DNA of 16,793 bases from IMG/VR virus record IMGVR_UViG_2571042372_000009. One strand, 5' to 3'. How positions within the stretch are numbered: position 1 is the first letter of the stretch; every line of letters begins with the position of its first letter. Below the pieces are notes generated by a model. The model was not told the origin of the DNA and ran no database searches. It saw only the letters and a list, made by a program, of their open reading frames with translations. Source of the stretch: a virus. Lineage: Duplodnaviria; Heunggongvirae; Uroviricota; Caudoviricetes. This document shows, one piece after another, positions 1-7,396 of the stretch. Both the position numbers and the translations under genes were made by a program.

Positions 1-1131
1 TCAAATGACCAGTTTTTTCCATTCCTTACCGCGTGCGTCGTTGTAAATATCGGTCATTTTTTGATTCGAATGGCCCAGCAAAATTTTGGTATCAACCCCC
101 TGCTCTCTGAACAATCGCTCTGATAAAGATCTCTGCTCATGGAAAGAGGGTGGGGTGCCATTAGCACGCCAGTTGTAATCCACAGAATCCCGGGCTTTTT
201 TAAATGCAACGGTTAATGTTGCTGGCTTAACCATCCCGCCGCGCTTAGCTGTCCCTTTCGCGTGATGGTGGTGCAATAGCCACGGACTAAGAACGCAATC
301 GCGGCAGGATGACACCACATCATCTAGGGTGAGATTTAATTTATCGCAACGCAGAGCCAGAGGGATGGCAATCCGGGTTCCTGTTTTTTGCTGTTCGACA
401 TGAAGATAACCATCCCGGATATCCGAAAATTGCATTTTGCAAATATCTGAAAGGCGCTGGCCTGTCATCAGTGCCAGCAGCATACCGCGCTGTAAAAAGT
501 AACCATCCTTTTCCGCTGCGTTATAAATCATCATCCACTCATCAAAAGTCAGTCGCTGTCTTGATATCCGCACCTGCGGTTTTTTTGCCGATTCTGCAGG
601 GTTAAAGCCTGGCGGGACATCGCCCGTTTGCTGAGCTTCCCGGAAAACATCGATCAGTACTTTCCTGAAAATTTGTCCCATTCTGTTATGTCCTCTGGCC
701 TTGTACTCTTCCAGTACTGATACCACATCTTTTACGGTTATGGCATCTAACGGTCTGGTGCCAAAACGTTCATCAAATACCCTGAGAGGGGCCGCTTTCT
801 GTTTCAGCGTGTTGAGTTTGATCTCGCCGTTTTCATATCTTTCCTGTTGAATTTTTCTGTAATTATTCAGAAAAATGGTAACGGTTGATGAACCGCCGGT
901 GTCACTAATAATTTTCTCCTGCAGACTGAGCATTTGTTCCATTTGCTGCCGGGCAAGACGGCTGTTCGCTTCTGCTGCAATAGTTTCTGCCAGTTTCTGG
1001 TCAATACTGCCGAGACCGTGATTTTTGCCTGTTATGGGATGCCTGTAACGCCAGTAAACTTTGTTATTTCTTTTGTCAAAATATGGAGATAATCCCGGAA
1101 CATCGGTTTTATATTTTCGCGGGCGCGCCAT
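1..1131 (-). CDS. int: Phage integrase, tyrosine recombinase (lambda Int family), 376 aa
   Basis: Full ORF with stop at 1-3. C-terminal ...LLGHSNQKMTDIYNDARGKEW... matches the conserved His/Tyr catalytic tail of lambda-family integrases. An excisionase-like ORF overlaps its start. Basis: sequence plus recalled family motif. Confidence 0.9.
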   Translation of the reverse strand: MARPRKYKTDVPGLSPYFDKRNNKVYWRYRHPITGKNHGLGSIDQKLAETIAAEANSRLARQQMEQMLSLQEKIISDTGGSSTVTIFLNNYRKIQQERYENGEIKLNTLKQKAAPLRVFDERFGTRPLDAITVKDVVSVLEEYKARGHNRMGQIFRKVLIDVFREAQQTGDVPPGFNPAESAKKPQVRISRQRLTFDEWMMIYNAAEKDGYFLQRGMLLALMTGQRLSDICKMQFSDIRDGYLHVEQQKTGTRIAIPLALRCDKLNLTLDDVVSSCRDCVLSPWLLHHHHAKGTAKRGGMVKPATLTVAFKKARDSVDYNWRANGTPPSFHEQRSLSERLFREQGVDTKILLGHSNQKMTDIYNDARGKEWKKLVI

Positions 1132-1357
1132 CTTCCAGTATCCTCTTCAAAGCAGGGTGATCTGTGGCGATCACCTCCGGCTTGTTTACCATTCCGACAA
1201 AGCGAGCTTGCGGATCCACTCGCCAGCGTCTTCCAACTTTTTTGGGGAGAGGAAATATCATTCCGGCTTTAGCGTATTTACTTAACGTACTCGGAGTAGG
1301 GACCGGTTCACTGAATTCCTCCTTTGTCCACTCAGTGAGCAGAATAAGTCTTGCCAT
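1109..1357 (-). CDS. xis: Excisionase (Xis-like), 82 aa
   Basis: Small ORF overlapping the int start by 23 nt on the same strand. LTEWTKEE...FPLPKKVGRRWRV resembles the winged-helix excisionase motif. Position is classic for int-xis. Confidence 0.75.
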   Translation of the reverse strand: MARLILLTEWTKEEFSEPVPTPSTLSKYAKAGMIFPLPKKVGRRWRVDPQARFVGMVNKPEVIATDHPALKRILEDGAPAKI

Positions 1358-1421
1358 GAGCGTCGTTCGCTAATCATGGTCGCCGCCACTATAGCTGGTG
1401 GGCAACGACCGGGGTTGAACA

Positions 1422-3893
1422 TTAAAAATCAGCCTGATTTGGGATCAGTTTTTGCCAGATAGCTGAAACGTATTTTGCCTGGTAACGGGCGTCATCAAGT
1501 GCATTATGGCGCTCACCTTCGAATGGAATAGCCGTTCTGGCATCGAAGTCTATGGCTTTCCCCAGCTCAACGATTGTGCGTACATCGCGATCGTTGTAGT
1601 AACGCCACGGGCAGGGGATCCCCTGCCGTTCGTATGAACGGCGCAAAATCGTGTTGTCGAAGTTGGCTCCATTTCCCCAAACCTGAACAAAAAATTCACC
1701 GGAGTTTTCGTCGATAAATTCCCGCAATTGTAACAGTGCATCATCTAACGGGATTTCATCGGTCATAATGGCAGATTGCGCTTCGCGTGATTGCTTAAGC
1801 CACCATTTAATGGTGTCCCGATCAATGACTCCGCCAGCAGTTTCCAGATCGATAGTCTTACTAAATTCCGGTCCCATATCTCCGGTTTGCGGATCGAAAA
1901 ATATTGCACCTATTGAGATGATCGGGGCATCAGGATTTTTTCCCATGGTTTCAAGGTCGATCATTAGATGGTCACACGTCCTGCTGGTGGATGTGATTTC
2001 GTGATGACCGTTCACCTTAATTGGGTGATCTGCCGTCTCGCCAGTTTCATTATCGCTATTGTGATGCTGATTGCCGCCAGTGTTCTCCTTGTGTGGATGT
2101 TCAGCGCCTTCCATTTCCTCCGGATCATCTTCCTGAACTTCAACCTGATACTCTTCATCGAATGTTTCTTGGTATGTTGCGTCGCCCATCACCGCGCCAC
2201 AATCAGGACAGTTGCCGCCGCCGGTCTGACCGCAGGCGGTGCAGGCTTTTTCCACTTCCTGGTGCGCCACTGGTTCAGGCTGTTTCGTTTCTGGCTCGTT
2301 TTGTAACGCATTTGGACTGTTTTGTTCCGCTTTTTGGTAGTTCCGTTCCGATTCATGCTGGTTCTGGCTCACAGAATCGCGGGTCTGGATCCCCTTAATC
2401 CATTTCGGATCATTCGGGTCACTAATCCCTTCAACAAATTCACCACGTGATGCAGCAAGCAACTTATCGGCGTCAGGCTGGCTGATATTGGCTGCCTGCA
2501 TAATTTTGTTTACTTCGTCAGCGGTAACTTTTATCGGCTCTGGTTGTTCTGAATCTTCAGCGGTATCTACATTTTGCGGTAAGCCCGTGTATGTGCCATT
2601 TTTTCGGGCAAAATATTCTTCTTTTGTGATTTCAGTGGCGCCAGCAGCCAGTGCCTTATCCAGACCAGAAAGTTTGTTTGCGCGACCGTATTTTTCTCCG
2701 TCCTTATCTGCGAAGAGGAAATAGAACGGCCCCTCACGCTCTACAGATGGTTCAGCTTCCGGCGCGGTTTCATTTTTTGGGATATCAGATACCTCAGTTT
2801 CCACTGCATCAGTTTGTGTTTCTGATGACTGGAGAACATCAACAGTGCCCAGGTCTGTTTCTTCATTCTCAAACACGCCCTTTGTCGTCAGGTATTCGCA
2901 GATATATTTGTTCAGTGCTACGGGATCTTTGTGAATGTCGATCGGACGCTCACGGACAAGGCCAAAAATAGTTTGGCGGTCGTAGCGAAGGGCATCAGGC
3001 TGTTTGCGCATTGATGCCGAGATACGCTTCCAGTCTTCGCGGTCGTTGTCGATAACTTCTTTTTTTGCCCAGCGATGGATGCTGCCGTCAATGTTTCCGG
3101 CATCCACATCACCAGGCCAGAGAGCGTAGGCCAGTTCGTCATCCAGTGTTTTCCATGTCTGCTTGTATTCGCGATGAATGGCAGCAATGACCGGGCTGAT
3201 TTTTCCTGTTGAATTTTCAGTGTACTGTTGATTGGCTCTGGCGCGGGCGAGATCAACAACAGACGTGTATTTTCCGGTTTCCTTGCGTTCACCTTCGCGA
3301 CGTTTTTTCCAGATGCGCATCTCTGCCTGAATTTCGGGCCATTTAGCACCAGGAATACATTTATGCTTAACCCACCCAATGGCGTGCAACTTAAGCTCCG
3401 GATACATGGCGTTAACTTCTGGCATTTTCATCAACGCTTCAACGATATGTCCGTCGAATGTTGCCATGTCTTCCTGCAACAATTCCTGTGCGCTAATAAC
3501 CATATCAACGGTGATGTTTTCACATGTGTCGAACTTAACCATGACAGCGTTCTGTACTTCAGGGGCCAGCTTGTCAAAAGTGACGTTCATCGGATCGGAT
3601 TCAGTCTCGACCGGAACAAAGGAAGCAGACGCCTCATCCCAGCGGTTTTCCTGCATATATTCAGCATCCCAGGAATCGAGGGCAGGGCGGGGTATACCGG
3701 GTTTATCCTCGCAAACAAGAAATTTATAAGCGCAGTCCTGAGCAGCCGGATAATGTTCCAGGAATTGCCAGTGAAATTTTGCGCGGGCGCGACGTTCATC
3801 ACCGGCTTCAATGGCAGTGGCTACAGCGACGGCACCTTCTTCCTTTATTGCCTGTTCGTCCGGAATGGCGGCGCAAATAAAGACTTTACTCAT
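1422..3893 (-). CDS. Large prophage exonuclease (DEDDh / DnaQ-like 3'-5' exonuclease C-terminal domain), 823 aa
   Basis: C-terminal region carries Exo I/II/III-like motifs (MIDLETMG; WGNGANFD; HNALDDARY). There is an internal acidic/Q-rich linker and a CxxC-x7-CxxC zinc-ribbon-like motif (CTACGQTGGGNCPDCG). SD-like GAGGT lies upstream of the ATG. It occupies the recombination/exo slot next to xis. Confidence 0.85.
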   Translation of the reverse strand: MSKVFICAAIPDEQAIKEEGAVAVATAIEAGDERRARAKFHWQFLEHYPAAQDCAYKFLVCEDKPGIPRPALDSWDAEYMQENRWDEASASFVPVETESDPMNVTFDKLAPEVQNAVMVKFDTCENITVDMVISAQELLQEDMATFDGHIVEALMKMPEVNAMYPELKLHAIGWVKHKCIPGAKWPEIQAEMRIWKKRREGERKETGKYTSVVDLARARANQQYTENSTGKISPVIAAIHREYKQTWKTLDDELAYALWPGDVDAGNIDGSIHRWAKKEVIDNDREDWKRISASMRKQPDALRYDRQTIFGLVRERPIDIHKDPVALNKYICEYLTTKGVFENEETDLGTVDVLQSSETQTDAVETEVSDIPKNETAPEAEPSVEREGPFYFLFADKDGEKYGRANKLSGLDKALAAGATEITKEEYFARKNGTYTGLPQNVDTAEDSEQPEPIKVTADEVNKIMQAANISQPDADKLLAASRGEFVEGISDPNDPKWIKGIQTRDSVSQNQHESERNYQKAEQNSPNALQNEPETKQPEPVAHQEVEKACTACGQTGGGNCPDCGAVMGDATYQETFDEEYQVEVQEDDPEEMEGAEHPHKENTGGNQHHNSDNETGETADHPIKVNGHHEITSTSRTCDHLMIDLETMGKNPDAPIISIGAIFFDPQTGDMGPEFSKTIDLETAGGVIDRDTIKWWLKQSREAQSAIMTDEIPLDDALLQLREFIDENSGEFFVQVWGNGANFDNTILRRSYERQGIPCPWRYYNDRDVRTIVELGKAIDFDARTAIPFEGERHNALDDARYQAKYVSAIWQKLIPNQADF

Positions 3894-3993
3894 TTTGTTT
3901 TACCTCATTACAGATTTAAGGGTGAACAAATCCCTGCCGGTGATGCTGCCAACTTACTGATTTAGTGTATGATGGTGTTTTTGAGGTGCTCCA

Positions 3994-4269
3994 GTGGCTT
4001 CTGTTTCTATCAGCTGTCCCTCCTGTTCAGCTACTGACGGGGTGGTGCGTAACGGCAAAAGCACCGCCGGACATCAGCGCTATCTCTGCTCTCACTGCCG
4101 TAAAACATGGCAACTGCAGTTCACTTACACCGCTTCTCAACCCGGTACGTACCAGAAAATCATTGATATGGCCATGAATGGCGTTGGATGCCGGGCAACT
4201 GCCCGCATTATGGGCGTTGGCCTCAACACGATTTTACGTCACTTAAAAAACTCAGGCCGCAGTCGGTAA
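3994..4269 (+). CDS. insA: IS1 InsA (transposition inhibitor / N-terminal part of InsAB' transposase), 91 aa
   Basis: [23 protein letters not shown]... zinc-finger N-terminus characteristic of IS1 InsA; lies inside the IS1 boundaries. Confidence 0.9.
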   Translation: MASVSISCPSCSATDGVVRNGKSTAGHQRYLCSHCRKTWQLQFTYTASQPGTYQKIIDMAMNGVGCRATARIMGVGLNTILRHLKNSGRSR

Positions 4270-4691
4270 CCTCGCGCATACAGCCGGGCAGTGACGTCAT
4301 CGTCTGCGCGGAAATGGACGAACAGTGGGGCTATGTCGGGGCTAAATCGCGCCAGCGCTGGCTGTTTTACGCGTATGACAGTCTCCGGAAGACGGTTGTT
4401 GCGCACGTATTCGGTGAACGCACTATGGCGACGCTGGGGCGTCTTATGAGCCTGCTGTCACCCTTTGACGTGGTGATATGGATGACGGATGGCTGGCCGC
4501 TGTATGAATCCCGCCTGAAGGGAAAGCTGCACGTAATCAGCAAGCGATATACGCAGCGAATTGAGCGGCATAACCTGAATCTGAGGCAGCACCTGGCACG
4601 GCTGGGACGGAAGTCGCTGTCGTTCTCAAAATCGGTGGAGCTGCATGACAAAGTCATCGGGCATTATCTGAACATAAAACACTATCAATAA
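4188..4691 (+). CDS. insB: IS1 InsB (expressed as InsAB' transposase by -1 frameshift), 167 aa
   Basis: Overlaps the insA 3' end in the -1 frame downstream of the A-run slippery site; length and position as in IS1. Confidence 0.85.
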   Translation: MPGNCPHYGRWPQHDFTSLKKLRPQSVTSRIQPGSDVIVCAEMDEQWGYVGAKSRQRWLFYAYDSLRKTVVAHVFGERTMATLGRLMSLLSPFDVVIWMTDGWPLYESRLKGKLHVISKRYTQRIERHNLNLRQHLARLGRKSLSFSKSVELHDKVIGHYLNIKHYQ

Positions 4692-4706
4692 GTTGGAGTC
4701 ATTACC

Positions 4707-5159
4707 GAGAAAGATGATGTCTACATAGCCAATTGTATAGAAAAAGGTAAGACTGAATTTAAAGTAAGCAAAGATATTGCTGCGTTGCCTTTCAAGGGTG
4801 AACCCATCGAGAAAATTAGGGGAGAGCTAATCAGGTCAATCAAGGAACACTTGATCAGTGCAAGCTGGCATAGCACTAAAAAGGTAATCGACCGCTATGA
4901 AGCTACATTCGATATAAAAGTACAAAAAGACTGTCCGATAGAAGCTATTGAATTGGCAACCCTCAATCGAAATCACTTAGTGCATCGTGGTGGAAAGGAT
5001 AAAGAAGGGAACCTCGTAGTGATTACAGACCAGGATCTTGAAACGCTGATTGAAAATGCATCGAACCTGGCAATTATGCTCTACAACAGTTTAAATGTAG
5101 CAACGAATAAAACCACCATTTTGCAACCAGATGACAAACCGTTCATTCATGAATTTTAA
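4707..5159 (+). pseudogene. 5'-truncated ORF interrupted by IS1; product carries a HEPN-like R-x4-H motif (RNHLVH)
   Basis: The reading frame is open from the IS1 right end to TAA at 5157-5159 with no in-frame ATG/GTG. The first possible start is TTG at 4785 with no SD. Motif ...IEAIELATLNRNHLVHRGG... (R codon at 4968-4970, H codon at 4983-4985). Visibly AT-rich relative to flanking phage genes. Confidence 0.5.
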
Positions 5160-5174
5160 TAGCGCAGGTCATAC

Positions 5175-6176
5175 ATGGATATTCGCACACGAAAGACAAA
5201 ATTTTTAGAGTCGTTAGATTCAACTGAAGTGATACGCAAAGCAGTAAGTCTCGCTATAGATTGCATTATTGATAATCATAATAGTAATGAAGATACCCCC
5301 TTAGTTATTACCAGCTATGATGATCTCTGTAGAATCCAGGTGCTAAATTATGTACAGGAGTTTTGCGAAGCTGCATTCCCTGATATGGATGAATATTACT
5401 TTAGTCCTAACATACTTCGCATCAACGGCAAGACTAGTGAAGAAGCTTGTATTAACTTAATTAAACTCTTAAGAAGTACAAAAGGCATGCTATTCTGGTC
5501 CGATGCCCCATCGTGGTTCGCTAGCCTCCCCGACGGATTATTCCATGTTGTTAACATTGATCAAAAAATCGTTACTCGCGGCCTTAATAAGAAAAACTCT
5601 AAGCCGACAATAATCAATAAAGATTACAGTGTAGATACACTACTATCAGAGCTATTTTTGAATGGCGCACACATGGAGCAACCCAACGTACACAACGTTT
5701 CTGAGGGAAACATGAAGTTCTATGATGAATGCCATGCTGGATTAATCAGACCAATACCCGCTCCAATAGGCGCGTCATACGATGAAGAGATCACAATTAA
5801 TTCTCCAGATTGGCAAAAGCTCGCGTGTGTAGCTTTACGCCGCTATCAGTCGAAGGAATGTCATGACGGAATGCAATGGGATACAACCGATCATGGTTGG
5901 ACTGATGTAATCGCGTATCCATTCGTCGAAGAAATACAATCAATGGATAATAGTGGTTATCGACAATGTTTAGTTGGGCTGGTCACAATAAACAATTCAA
6001 ATGCAAATTCTCCGTACCTATCTACCGTTTGGATACATCCATTTTATCGCAGGAGAGGGTTATTAAGTAAGTTATGGCCAAAATTACAAGAGTTATATGG
6101 AAGTAACTTCGAAATTGAGCGACCTAATGAAAATATGAAAGCATTTCTGAAAAGTGCGAAACACGCAGATTACTAA
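5175..6176 (+). CDS. Hypothetical protein, 333 aa, C-terminal GNAT-like acetyltransferase-fold motif
   Basis: ATG at 5175 lies 15 nt after the upstream stop, with AGGT upstream. AT-rich codon usage. C-terminal ...VWIHPFYRRRGLLSKLW... resembles GNAT motif A (h-x-P-x-Y-R-x-x-G-h-x-x-x-L), and NENMKAFLKSAKH resembles motif B. The N-terminal about 170 aa is unassigned. Confidence 0.7.
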   Translation: MDIRTRKTKFLESLDSTEVIRKAVSLAIDCIIDNHNSNEDTPLVITSYDDLCRIQVLNYVQEFCEAAFPDMDEYYFSPNILRINGKTSEEACINLIKLLRSTKGMLFWSDAPSWFASLPDGLFHVVNIDQKIVTRGLNKKNSKPTIINKDYSVDTLLSELFLNGAHMEQPNVHNVSEGNMKFYDECHAGLIRPIPAPIGASYDEEITINSPDWQKLACVALRRYQSKECHDGMQWDTTDHGWTDVIAYPFVEEIQSMDNSGYRQCLVGLVTINNSNANSPYLSTVWIHPFYRRRGLLSKLWPKLQELYGSNFEIERPNENMKAFLKSAKHADY

Positions 6177-6492
6177 TTTATGAATCAGTCTGTGGAGTTA
6201 GGGTTGGTGTCAACAAGTAGGGTAAGAGCCTCAACGTGATGCTATGCCGACCTGCTCCCTGAGAATTCACACAGAAGGCTGCTAGCAATGTCTGCAGATC
6301 GCTCAAAGCGGACTAGAAGGTTAGCTTGCGTCGGACTTGGCGTATTTAAAGAAGTGCTGGTGGTGACTGGTTGTTGTGTTCCATTTCTACAGAACAAAAT
6401 CACAGAAACTATACCCAATAGTTATATTGAATCAATGATGAGACAGCCTCATATTTATCAGAACTGGTGTACGTCCAATACAGGAGGTTGTC

Positions 6493-6582
6493 GTGCTGGT
6501 TCTCAAATGTGCGCTAGCTATTGCGGCTGTAATGGCAATTTATTGTCTTGCTGTTGTTCTTATGGATCGCCTTTCTGATTGA
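6493..6582 (+). CDS. Candidate small hydrophobic peptide, 29 aa (GTG start)
   Basis: Consensus SD AGGAGG at 6483-6488, four nt before GTG. Product VLVLKCALAIAAVMAIYCLAVVLMDRLSD is one predicted transmembrane helix. A possible TTGAAT-17-CATATT promoter lies upstream. Not in the ORF track because it is under 60 aa. Confidence 0.3.
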   Translation: MLVLKCALAIAAVMAIYCLAVVLMDRLSD

Positions 6583-6636
6583 TTTTATATTGGCGAGGTG
6601 ACGGGAGTTAAGTAGAATTGCTGCGGGTGCTTGAGG

Positions 6637-6672
6637 CTATCTGCCTCAGGCATGAACACCAAAGGCAGATAG
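6637..6672 (+). promoter_or_regulatory. Perfect 10-bp inverted repeat (CTATCTGCCT ... AGGCAGATAG) in the hok/mok leader
   Basis: Arms at 6637-6646 and 6663-6672 with a 16-nt spacer. Candidate hok mRNA fold-back or antisense-target element, or a protein operator. Confidence 0.4.
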
Positions 6673-6793
6673 AGAAAAGCCCCAGTTAATATTACGCGTC
6701 CTGCAAGACGCTTAACATTAATCTGAGGCTCAATCTATGAACGGCAAATCTAGGTTAGCCTCTTACGTGCCGAAAGGCAAGGAGAAGCAGGCT

Positions 6794-6949
6794 ATGAAGC
6801 AGCAAAAGGCGATGTTAATCGCCCTGATCGTCATCTGTTTAACCGTCATAGTGACGGCACTGGTAACGAGGAAAGACCTCTGCGAGGTACGAATCCGAAC
6901 CGGCCAGACGGAGGTCGCTGTCTTCACAGTTTACGAACCTGAGGAGTAA
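6794..6949 (+). CDS. hokD: Hok/Gef family type I toxin (HokD/RelF-like), 51 aa, nested in the mok frame that starts at 6737
   Basis: MKQQKAMLIALIVICLTVIVTALVTRKDLCEVRIRTGQTEVAVFTVYEPEE matches the Hok/Gef family as recalled. The overlapping upstream in-frame extension (70-aa ORF from 6737) is mok-like. A stable 3' hairpin follows. Confidence 0.85.
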   Translation: MKQQKAMLIALIVICLTVIVTALVTRKDLCEVRIRTGQTEVAVFTVYEPEE

Positions 6950-7019
6950 GAGACCCGGCGAGGGAGAAATCCCTCGCCACCTCTGATGTGTCAGGCATCC
7001 TCAACGCACCCGCACGTAA

Positions 7020-7044
7020 CCCGCTTCGGCGGGTTTTGTTTTTT
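7020..7044 (+). terminator. Intrinsic terminator downstream of hok
   Basis: CCCGC-ttcg-GCGGG hairpin followed by TTTTGTTTTTT. Confidence 0.7.
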
Positions 7045-7116
7045 CCTGGCATTCTGGTTTACAATTCGCACGCCAGCCTGAACAACTGGCACCTGCTGCG
7101 CCAGCAGAGACAACCG

Positions 7117-7395
7117 ATGGCGCACGATACCAAATTACACAATTCTGATGATTCTGCCGTCTTTGCCAGCAGGCACGGGCGGCGTTCCCGCACTTTCAAA
7201 TCTGACTGGTTCCAGCATCCCCCATGCACTGAAGAACAGGCCGAGTGGCTAATTCAGTGCTACCGCAGACACGGATACGAGATTAAGAAAGCCCTCAGCC
7301 TCGATTATCGTCACTGGATAATCTCCGTCAGGCTTCCTTACTCCGAACGATCACCGCGTCCGTCCCGCACATTCCAGCAACGCATCTGGAGGTAA
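7117..7395 (+). CDS. Hypothetical protein, about 92 aa; positional analogue of rem in Qin-type prophages
   Basis: First ATG downstream of the hok terminator in the 6988-7395 frame. Its stop TAA at 7393-7395 lies just before the GTG start of the next gene. No motif recognised. Confidence 0.4.
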   Translation: MAHDTKLHNSDDSAVFASRHGRRSRTFKSDWFQHPPCTEEQAEWLIQCYRRHGYEIKKALSLDYRHWIISVRLPYSERSPRPSRTFQQRIWR

Positions 7396-7396
7396 C

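Larger units (their letters stand above)
3939..4706 (+). mobile_element. IS1 insertion sequence, complete 768 bp element
   Basis: Terminal inverted repeats GGTGATGCTGCCAACTTACTGAT (left) and ATCAATAAGTTGGAGTCATTACC (right) match recalled IS1 ends. It contains insA and insB with an A6C slippery site (TTAAAAAACTC, about 4243-4253). The 9-bp flanks differ (atccctgcc vs gagaaagat), so there is no target-site duplication. Confidence 0.9.

Noticed and set aside
1968-2398. Plus-strand ORFs of 112 and 125 aa
   Set aside because: Antisense shadow ORFs inside the exonuclease gene; hydrophobic or Arg-rich products typical of antisense frames.
3228-3965. 245-aa plus-strand ORF
   Set aside because: Lies entirely antisense to the well-supported 823-aa exonuclease gene and runs into the IS1 end. 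No SD and low-complexity product. Shadow ORF.
6288-6578. 96-aa Cys-rich ORF
   Set aside because: The Cys/Gly/Ser-rich low-complexity product looks non-biological. It overlaps the better-supported 29-aa mini-ORF in another frame. Kept only as a low-probability alternative.
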